Source: a virus (lineage: Duplodnaviria > Caudoviricetes). Taken from it: 24,245 bases of DNA. Made by a program: the position numbers and the translations under genes. This document shows positions 17,213 through 24,245 of this stretch, one piece after another. The stretch is taken from the IMG/VR virus record IMGVR_UViG_3300032305_000858, positions 1 through 24,245 of that record; one strand, 5' to 3'. Position 1 is the stretch's first letter; every line of letters starts with the position of its first letter. The notes beneath the pieces were generated by a model. The model was not told the DNA's origin, did not search any database, and saw nothing but the letters and a program-made list of their open reading frames with translations.

Positions 17213-18618
17213 TTTGCCTCGCATTCTTTCCAGAAAGTTTCTAACTCTGGAAATGTATTTAAAAAATTTGTACCCTGACGCTTGTCTTGCTGGCTAAAAA
17301 ATAAATAAAAATTCTCTTTAGCTAACTCGCGGTTAAATCCAGTATCCGATGTAATCCAATCAATCAGTCTTTGAACTTTGCTAATTTCAAAATCGCTAAA
17401 TCCTTTAAACTCGTTCCATTTGGTTTCTGGATTACATTTCATAAACTCAATTGTGCGTTCTAACTCAGTGACTAATTCAGGTAGTAATTTAGGATTCAAA
17501 AAATCGGGATCAATCAACTGTGGCACATCAAACCAAACCAACTGGCGACCTTTGTTAAATTGTTTGCGTAATTTTAAAATATTTTCTATGTATTCGTAAA
17601 ATCGTGTATACGACAACGCATTAAAAGTGATAATAAATGTCAAACTATGTTTATCGCTGTTTTGGAGATAATCAGTTACGTTGGCGTATAGCATGTCAAA
17701 GTTCATGCCGTTACGTATATATTCAGCTTGCTTGCCCCACGAGTCTAAACTGCAAAACAACATAAAGTGGTCAATTGCATTTTTTTCAGTGATTTTCTTC
17801 AATGATATCATGAACTTATTCCACTGATTTCCAGGTGGGCAGCAATTTGAGGTTATAGATAGGTGTAAGTCCTCTTTAGGGTGTTCGAGTACATAATCAA
17901 ACATTTTAAAGGTATTTTTATCCATCAACGGTTCGCCACCGGTCATACGGAATGTATGCAGTGTTGGATATATCTGTGGCAACCATTCCCAGAAGGCTAG
18001 TAGGTATGGATTAGATGGACCATTGTCGATATTAAGACTTTCCATCCATTTAATATCGTTATGCCATCTATCTTTTAAAATGAAAGCTCCGTTAGTTTGA
18101 ATATCATTATGCCATGCTGTACTAAGATGTGGACTACAATATGAACACTTAAAATTACATGCTTGATTAAAGTTTACTTCTACATAACGTGGATTAGGAT
18201 TTTCGATAGTAAATGCTTCTTCAATAAGGCCTGGCTCGTATACATCCTTACTGCGATATGCGCGATCGCTGAGTTGATTGCCACTGTCTTCGATTTGCCA
18301 ACAAAATTCGCATTCTTTAGGACGAATCCCCTCAAGCATCTGTTTACGTTGATCTTTTTTATACTTGGTATTGTGCAATGCACTTACGTCGATTGCTATT
18401 TCGTCTAATGGAATTTGATGTGCTCTAGGGTGATAACAACTATGAGTCTTTCCTGTAGGAATGTGTATGCTAACGTTATACCATTTGGCAAGACAAAAAC
18501 TAGAACTGACCTTGTTTAGTTCTTTATATACATATTCAGCGTCAGCAAGATAACGAGATTCATATCTACCATTAATCTCTTTAAGTTCATTACCTTTTAT
18601 ATTACGATTATATTCCAC
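17194..18618 (-). CDS. Radical SAM protein with N-terminal twitch-like domain (SCYHP subtype), paralog of 15851-17212
   Basis: Track ORF runs to 18753; preferred in-frame GTG at 18618 (SD AGGA, 11-nt overlap with the upstream gene). FCLAKW...HSCYHP...CEFCW, CNFKCSYC, MTGGEPL. Confidence 0.86.
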   Translation of the reverse strand: MEYNRNIKGNELKEINGRYESRYLADAEYVYKELNKVSSSFCLAKWYNVSIHIPTGKTHSCYHPRAHQIPLDEIAIDVSALHNTKYKKDQRKQMLEGIRPKECEFCWQIEDSGNQLSDRAYRSKDVYEPGLIEEAFTIENPNPRYVEVNFNQACNFKCSYCSPHLSTAWHNDIQTNGAFILKDRWHNDIKWMESLNIDNGPSNPYLLAFWEWLPQIYPTLHTFRMTGGEPLMDKNTFKMFDYVLEHPKEDLHLSITSNCCPPGNQWNKFMISLKKITEKNAIDHFMLFCSLDSWGKQAEYIRNGMNFDMLYANVTDYLQNSDKHSLTFIITFNALSYTRFYEYIENILKLRKQFNKGRQLVWFDVPQLIDPDFLNPKLLPELVTELERTIEFMKCNPETKWNEFKGFSDFEISKVQRLIDWITSDTGFNRELAKENFYLFFSQQDKRQGTNFLNTFPELETFWKECEAKCKKTE

Positions 18619-20911
18619 TAAACTGTTCCTGTAACCATTCAAAGTCATTAATTTTATTAAGAGCGTCTGGATTGTTTTTATTAGTTTCGCCGTAATGTCT
18701 ACCCGCCCGTGCTCCGGCAATTGCATATGCACCAAACTGTTGTTCAACACCAACTGAACACCATATGTTCAATCGCAGTTTAGTTTCTTCTTCGTACTGC
18801 CTTTCAATAACACGACTAGCTAGTTTACAACATTCTCTAAAGGCCGATCTCCATGTTACAAACTCATCAGTATTAAAAGAGTTAATGTTAGACACAGTAT
18901 TCATGGCTTTAAACTTATCAGATATACTAGTTGTCATATCCGAAGTATTAACGTTCATATTCAATGTTAGGTGTCTTGGTAATAATTTAACACCACCGTT
19001 ACCGTATTCTAAATTGTTAATAGGATTTTTACTTTGCCACACATGAACACAATCTATATCATAGCTTGACATCACTGTATCAAAACTAAAACTGTCTTCA
19101 ATTATTGCATCGCCATCAACTATCCATATCATATCAGTGTCACATATACTTGCTGCTTTAATATGTGCATTGTGAATTCCTTTTACTCCATGCACTCGTT
19201 TAGCCCTAGGGCACATATCTATTAATTTTTTATAGTTTTCATCAGCGTTGGGTTCGTTATAAGAAATAAAAACAACATCATATAAACGATGTTTAGATAC
19301 TAGTCGATCATGTTCTTTTTTCTCAATTAAAAATCTATGTTTAAATTCTCGTTGTCCTATAATTTTATCTTTAGACAATAATACTAGCCCGTTAGTATGA
19401 ATTTCTTTACCGTTGAACAGATGTTTAAATGTATGGTTTTCTGTACGATCGTGATCGTACTTTCCGTCGTTGGGATCAAAGTATAGATCAAATACAGATT
19501 CATCTACAATATCTATCTCAGGCCATATCCCCCAAAACATTGGCTGTGTTTCATTTTTTAAAATGTCTGTATAGTTGTCGTATGACGAAAGAACGTATCT
19601 ATTATATCTATAACGACTAACAACAGTTGTATGTTCTTTTTTGTCTATTAGATATCTACGATTAAATTCTTTTTGCGAAATAACTTTTTCTTTTGAGAAT
19701 AACACCAGTCCGCACAAATATGTTTCTTTGTCGTTGCATAAATTTTTAAACACATGATTTTCTTTTCTATCATGATCATACTTTCCGTCGTTGGGATCAA
19801 AGTATAGATCAAAAACGGTGTCATCTATAATGTTTATTTCGGGCCATATACCCCAAAACATTGGTTGGGTTTCTGTTTCTAAAAGCTGTTTGTATTCATC
19901 ATATGATAAAATTGTATAGCGATTGTATCTATACCTACTAACTATACGATCGTGTTCTTTTTTATCAATTAAATATTTTCTATCAAATTCTTTTTTAGAT
20001 ATAATTTTAGATTTAGAAAATAATACGACACCGCTTAAATAGGATTCTTTATCATTACACAGATTTTTAAATACATGATTTTCAGATCGATCATAGTCTA
20101 ATGTACCGTCGTTTGGATCAAGATAAAAATCAAATATTGTGATATCAATAATTTCTGTATTGGGCCAATGGCACCAGAACATTGTTTGCTGTTCATTATT
20201 AACAATATCTAAATATTCAGTGTGCGAATTAATTGTATAAACAGGATACCGATACTTGCTAACAACGACATCATGTTCTTTTTTGTCAACAGCGTATTGT
20301 TTGTTAAATTCACGCTCTGACAACGGTTTATATTTGCTACAAAGAATTACACCGCTGAGGTATGAACTACTATCATTGCACAGATTTTTAAATACATGAT
20401 TTTCTCTACGGTCGTAACTGTTATGGTGACTAAAATATAAATTAAAAATTGTATAGTCAGTAACTACAATTTCCGGCCATACCAACCAAAACATCTCATC
20501 AGGGATTTGTTGATAGTCTTTGTATGTAGTAGGTCTATATACATTGTATTTCTTAGGCACACTTACTAGACAATCAATTTCTTTTTTATCTGTAAAAAAT
20601 CTATGATAAAATTCTCTTTGAGAAATTGTCAGTGGTTTAGGAAATAAACATACTCCATCATAATGTTCGCCATTTCTAAACACATGAACATACATGTCGT
20701 CCCACTTGGTAACTTTGTAATCTAACAAATTAAATGACGTTAACTCTACGTCATCCCAAATAACCCAGAACATTTTAGTAAAGGATTTAGATTGAATTTC
20801 TTCGTAAGATGTTATGTTTGTTAATTTTTGAGCAAGCGGATACCTAGACTTTATTGTTTCCCAGTCTTGATCATTTCCGTTGCTTGCTGAAACATAAAAA
20901 ATATCATACAT
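18608..20911 (-). CDS. GT-A-like glycosyltransferase with five tandem N-terminal modules
   Basis: C-terminal 224 aa (YDVVFISYNEPNADENY...HGVKGIHNAHIKAA...WIVDGD...YGNGGVKL) are paralogous to 20904-21821 and carry a DxD; aa 1-543 are repeated modules. Confidence 0.7.
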   Translation of the reverse strand: MYDIFYVSASNGNDQDWETIKSRYPLAQKLTNITSYEEIQSKSFTKMFWVIWDDVELTSFNLLDYKVTKWDDMYVHVFRNGEHYDGVCLFPKPLTISQREFYHRFFTDKKEIDCLVSVPKKYNVYRPTTYKDYQQIPDEMFWLVWPEIVVTDYTIFNLYFSHHNSYDRRENHVFKNLCNDSSSYLSGVILCSKYKPLSEREFNKQYAVDKKEHDVVVSKYRYPVYTINSHTEYLDIVNNEQQTMFWCHWPNTEIIDITIFDFYLDPNDGTLDYDRSENHVFKNLCNDKESYLSGVVLFSKSKIISKKEFDRKYLIDKKEHDRIVSRYRYNRYTILSYDEYKQLLETETQPMFWGIWPEINIIDDTVFDLYFDPNDGKYDHDRKENHVFKNLCNDKETYLCGLVLFSKEKVISQKEFNRRYLIDKKEHTTVVSRYRYNRYVLSSYDNYTDILKNETQPMFWGIWPEIDIVDESVFDLYFDPNDGKYDHDRTENHTFKHLFNGKEIHTNGLVLLSKDKIIGQREFKHRFLIEKKEHDRLVSKHRLYDVVFISYNEPNADENYKKLIDMCPRAKRVHGVKGIHNAHIKAASICDTDMIWIVDGDAIIEDSFSFDTVMSSYDIDCVHVWQSKNPINNLEYGNGGVKLLPRHLTLNMNVNTSDMTTSISDKFKAMNTVSNINSFNTDEFVTWRSAFRECCKLASRVIERQYEEETKLRLNIWCSVGVEQQFGAYAIAGARAGRHYGETNKNNPDALNKINDFEWLQEQFSGI
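19283..20548 (-). repeat. Intragenic tandem repeat, four units of 100-108 aa (321-nt period), plus a diverged fifth unit at aa 1-121
   Basis: Recurrent MFWxxWP...ENHxFKxL...G(V/L)(V/I)LxSK...EF...(D/E)KKEH..VS. A 35-nt exact DNA repeat lies at 19458-19492 and 19779-19813, 321 nt apart. Confidence 0.92.
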
Positions 20912-21821
20912 TCGTAGGCACCGGCATTCTAAAATAGGTGTCGTTTAAATTCATTGTTTCGTTGTATAGATCTAAAGTAAATTTACTTTGCTGCGCATCA
21001 AGAAACGGCCAATCTAATCCCAGCCCCATTTTTATTTTTTCGCCTAAATTTTTAATTTCTTCTATAAGTCCAGTGCCATTGACATCTTCATATGGTTTAC
21101 CGTACTGAAAATAAATGTCTCTAAGTATTTCGAAATCTCGAACATCAACATAATTCCATTGTGTGCAGTTAGCCATCCATGTTCCTAATCTAGCACCATA
21201 GACTGCATAGATTCCGTTTTCTTCGTGAGCACCAACTGTTGACCACATACGCAGTCTATGAATATTATGCCACCATATACGTTCTTTGATTTCCATAGGA
21301 GGAACTTTGACACCGTCAAGTAAGGTCATCTTAACACCTTCACGGAATCCTGCTCGCCATGCTTGGAATGGTGATCCTGTAATAACACTTTCACTGAACG
21401 TTAATGGAAAATTTCTATATCCATCTTCCCAACAAAAATCTACCTGGCCGCGATCACTGTTGGAATTTTCATGTGTCTTCATGTCAAGAACAAAATCCTT
21501 GCGCCAGATTTTTAATCCACCATTGCCATATCGAAGACCGTTGATTGCGTTACGGCCACACCATCCATAGACCTGTATCTTGGGATCACTCATATCAAGG
21601 TCGATGTTAAAAAATCTAGGATCTACAATGTTGTCTGCATCAACAGTGATAAACCAATCTGTTTCGCTGGCCTTTGCAGCAGCTTTATGGGCGTGGTCGG
21701 ATCCTTTAACTCCGTGGATACGTTTAGCCCAAGGAACTTTGTTACACAAGTCAGCATAATGCAGATCTGCATTAGGCTCATCGTAACTTAAAAAAACTAC
21801 ATCAAACTCAATTACTTTCAT
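20904..21821 (-). CDS. GT-A-like glycosyltransferase
   Basis: FDVVFLSYDEPNAD, HGVKGSDHAHKAAA, WFITVDADN (DxD after a hydrophobic strand), YGNGGLKIW, AWRAGFREGVK. Confidence 0.68.
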   Translation of the reverse strand: MKVIEFDVVFLSYDEPNADLHYADLCNKVPWAKRIHGVKGSDHAHKAAAKASETDWFITVDADNIVDPRFFNIDLDMSDPKIQVYGWCGRNAINGLRYGNGGLKIWRKDFVLDMKTHENSNSDRGQVDFCWEDGYRNFPLTFSESVITGSPFQAWRAGFREGVKMTLLDGVKVPPMEIKERIWWHNIHRLRMWSTVGAHEENGIYAVYGARLGTWMANCTQWNYVDVRDFEILRDIYFQYGKPYEDVNGTGLIEEIKNLGEKIKMGLGLDWPFLDAQQSKFTLDLYNETMNLNDTYFRMPVPTNV

Positions 21822-22435
21822 TTATATTCAATCACATAATTTTTAAATAGGCGTCTTGTATACACACTAAACTTATCGTAGTCTATGTTTTTAATTGTCA
21901 CATTATGGCCTACTAGATCACTTATTTTAACAGAAAACATCTGAAAAATCAAGTTGGGATCGTTGTAATCGGTGATTAAAAAATCCATATCAGTGCTACC
22001 ATCCCAAATAAATTGTCTTGTTCCAGTGCTACCTTTGTGTTTTTTGGTTCCGCCATACTCAGCACAAAGTTGAATTTTCAAATATTTGCTTTTTGAACTG
22101 TATGTTAAATGTATGTCCGATTTAGATTCTTCCAAATATTTGATATCGGGAATTCTGTGCAACACATCATCTAATTTGTTTAGTGTCTTTTTTTCAGCTA
22201 TCTCTAACTGTCCTGACTCTACATTTATTTGACAGTTGTGTATCTGTGTTTCAGCTGTGATTATAGATTCAGCAATTTCTTGTGATATCTGTACTACGTG
22301 CTTTTGATCTGCAAAAGCATGATCTGGTCCCACGCTGATAACTCGACCCGTATTTGGATCAAACACCGCTACATATTGTATAATTGGTGGCTTGTATTCT
22401 TTCAGCCATTTATCAAAATCTTCTATAGTTTCCAT
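21818..22435 (-). CDS. Hypothetical protein inside the glycosyltransferase cluster
   Basis: Track ORF runs to 22462; preferred ATG at 22435 with SD GGAG. ATGA-coupled to the downstream GT; no catalytic motif recognised. Confidence 0.72.
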   Translation of the reverse strand: METIEDFDKWLKEYKPPIIQYVAVFDPNTGRVISVGPDHAFADQKHVVQISQEIAESIITAETQIHNCQINVESGQLEIAEKKTLNKLDDVLHRIPDIKYLEESKSDIHLTYSSKSKYLKIQLCAEYGGTKKHKGSTGTRQFIWDGSTDMDFLITDYNDPNLIFQMFSVKISDLVGHNVTIKNIDYDKFSVYTRRLFKNYVIEYK

Positions 22436-23262
22436 GCTTTGGTCTCCAAGATATGTATGCACTCATCTGTGATTAAATTTTTCTCCACGTAATGCACAAT
22501 ATCATTCTGTTGAAAATTTCCTATCTTTAGTCTAGCATCTGCATTGAGATAAAATCCCACATGATCGCTCCAGGTGTCGGCCGGCCACGGCCAATTCTGC
22601 AGCATTGGTTTCATATGCACTACTCGAGGAAAGGACAAATCGTATGCAATGCTATCAGTGATGTCTAGTATTTTAGCAGCCAGTGCAAATGCTTCATCTG
22701 TGCCAATTACCTTAGGCCTGTGTTCACTTAAAAACTGATTGGCGAATTCGCGAGGATTTTTTATAATCTGTCGACCTAATTCAAAAAATTCTTGGCATAG
22801 CACAGAACCTTTAGAGAAAAAAGTCCACATGGAGTATAAATCTGGCAGGCAATTTCTGTCAAAGGTTTTTCTATATGTGCGATCTGTGATTGTTTCGCCC
22901 CTATAGGTATAGACTTGATTGGCCACATACAATTCGCTGTTGGCAATAAAATAATCAATCCAATGACTGTAGTCTCGTAGGAATAACATGTCAGCATCAA
23001 GACATACTGTGTGATCAAACGGAGACAGTTGATCCATCCACGATCTACCATCCCAATATTTCTCTTGGTCCCATTCTATCACTGTGTCAAACACCCACGG
23101 ACTTGATAATTTTTCAAGCGATTTTTTGTTGTCAATTACCAATGCCACCTTGTCATACCCTGGTTTTTGTGTGGTTTTTATACTGAGGGCTAGAGCATAG
23201 GCGCATTTGAGATAATCAATGTCATCATTGTGTGCTACAAATAACAGATATCCAAAGTTCAT
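22423..23262 (-). CDS. GT-A (GT8/mannosyltransferase-like) nucleotide-diphospho-sugar transferase
   Basis: GYLLF...YLKCAYALALSIK, SPFDHTVCLDADMLF (DxD), GTDEAFALA, late HMK. Confidence 0.72.
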   Translation of the reverse strand: MNFGYLLFVAHNDDIDYLKCAYALALSIKTTQKPGYDKVALVIDNKKSLEKLSSPWVFDTVIEWDQEKYWDGRSWMDQLSPFDHTVCLDADMLFLRDYSHWIDYFIANSELYVANQVYTYRGETITDRTYRKTFDRNCLPDLYSMWTFFSKGSVLCQEFFELGRQIIKNPREFANQFLSEHRPKVIGTDEAFALAAKILDITDSIAYDLSFPRVVHMKPMLQNWPWPADTWSDHVGFYLNADARLKIGNFQQNDIVHYVEKNLITDECIHILETKAWKL

Positions 23263-24119
23263 ATCAATTCCATTAATTGTTGTTGATGTCTCAATATACT
23301 TTGTTTATTCATCACATGTATATCAACTCCAGTCACCGATGCTGCACAATATGTGGCATCCAATCGATGGTCGATCAAGAATGTCAATTTGTCCTTGTCG
23401 ACATCTGTGAGTATGTCTTTGTCCATCACCGATAACACAGGCGGCAGTGTTGGTGTGTGCATGTTCTCAAATCCATCTAGCATATGCTTGGCAACACTGA
23501 ACGCTATGTCATTTCTATATTGTCTGTGATCGAATCGAAAGACATCAGCATAGTGCTTGTAATTTTCTTTGACTAAATTCACAGTATCAAAAAACAGTTT
23601 GGATTGTGGATTTTTCGTGAACATCACTGTGGTTGCCCAATACATTTTACAACTGGTTTCACAGACGTATCTATCAAGATAGCCTAATCTATCCTCGCTG
23701 TAGATGTCATTGATTGAATTACCTATCATTACGTCAGCTTCTATATTCCAATATTTGTTTAGATTATCACTGAATATCAAAAAATCGCTGTCTATCAACA
23801 GTGTTCTATCATAGGGCGTGAGATCCCATACAGAGTGTCTATTAGTATTACAAAATGGTATTTTTTTATTGATTACACCGTCGTGTAATCCACGTTGGTT
23901 ATCGGTAACAGGTTTATCTACAATTATAACATGCTCGAATACTGTTTCAACCTGCTGCCATGTATGTGATTCGATCAACCATTCCTTGGTGCTGAGATCC
24001 GTAACCAATGAAACAGGTACTTGGAGATGTTTTTTTGCAAGCCCGCCACTGATCACTGCTAATAATCCGTAATCTACTTCACGATTATTGTGTGCGAAAA
24101 TTAAAATGCCGTTGGTCAT
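23259..24119 (-). CDS. GT-A (GT8-like) nucleotide-diphospho-sugar transferase, paralog of 22423-23262
   Basis: GILIFAHN...DY, TPYDRTLLIDSDFL (DxD), RNDIAFSVA, late HVMNK. Confidence 0.72.
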   Translation of the reverse strand: MTNGILIFAHNNREVDYGLLAVISGGLAKKHLQVPVSLVTDLSTKEWLIESHTWQQVETVFEHVIIVDKPVTDNQRGLHDGVINKKIPFCNTNRHSVWDLTPYDRTLLIDSDFLIFSDNLNKYWNIEADVMIGNSINDIYSEDRLGYLDRYVCETSCKMYWATTVMFTKNPQSKLFFDTVNLVKENYKHYADVFRFDHRQYRNDIAFSVAKHMLDGFENMHTPTLPPVLSVMDKDILTDVDKDKLTFLIDHRLDATYCAASVTGVDIHVMNKQSILRHQQQLMELI

Positions 24120-24244
24120 TGTGCGATAAGTTTTTCTACAGATCTAGATTTCTTGATCTTATCAAATTCTTGAAAATATTCATTAGTGACTTCGAAATAT
24201 CTGCTGAAGATTTCATCACGAAAAGCTTCTAGATTTTCTATCAA
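24116..24244 (-). CDS. 3' end of a hypothetical protein truncated by the window edge (not in the ORF track)
   Basis: Open frame ...LIENLEAFRDEIFSRYFEVTNEYFQEFDKIKKSRSVEKLIAQ*; its TGA overlaps the next ATG (ATGA at 24119-24116). Confidence 0.72.
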   Translation of the reverse strand: MIENLEAFRDEIFSRYFEVTNEYFQEFDKIKKSRSVEKLIAQ

Positions 24245-24245
24245 T

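Noticed and set aside
5633-18618. RiPP biosynthetic cluster interpretation of the radical SAM/SPASM genes
   Set aside because: No precursor peptide, RRE/PqqD domain, peptidase or exporter is visible, intergenic gaps are too small, and the context is glycosyltransferases.
18619-18753. N-terminal extension of the 17194 radical SAM ORF
   Set aside because: It would overlap the GT gene by about 145 nt; an in-frame GTG with SD at 18618 fits better.
19458-19813. 35-nt direct repeat considered as CRISPR, att site or DGR template/variable pair
   Set aside because: Only two exact copies, in frame at a 321-nt period inside a protein repeat; no cas, integrase or reverse transcriptase in the window.
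1-24245. tRNA, rRNA, introns/inteins, transposases, stop-codon recoding
   Set aside because: No intergenic space or motifs for them were seen, and genes tile densely under the standard code.

Overview
Gene-dense fragment that looks like a large T4-related (jumbo-type) phage genome. This is inferred from a T4 Rnh-like 5'-3' exonuclease, TATAAATA/ATAAATA late-promoter motifs, a phage-type QueE, many short hypothetical genes and no host housekeeping genes. Two blocks converge with abutting stop codons at 5632/5633. The + strand block (12-5632) holds a small membrane protein, an AbrB/MazE-like ORF missed by the ORF track, queE with an unusual CX3CX39C motif, rnh and about nine hypothetical genes. 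It also has a sigma70-type promoter positioned for a leaderless queE mRNA and a late promoter overlapping an RBS/start-codon hairpin. The - strand block (5633->24245, >18.6 kb, tightly coupled, open at the right edge) is the main finding: 4 glycosyltransferase-like genes (one with five ~100-120 aa tandem pseudo-GT modules), 5 twitch/SPASM radical SAM enzymes (four with an N-terminal twitch domain), 5 soluble SGNH/GDSL-like proteins, a Methyltransf_24-type methylase and a B12-binding radical SAM enzyme. I read this as a candidate phage-encoded glycan build-and-tailor pathway of unknown target. All functional calls come from motifs read by eye; no searches were run.
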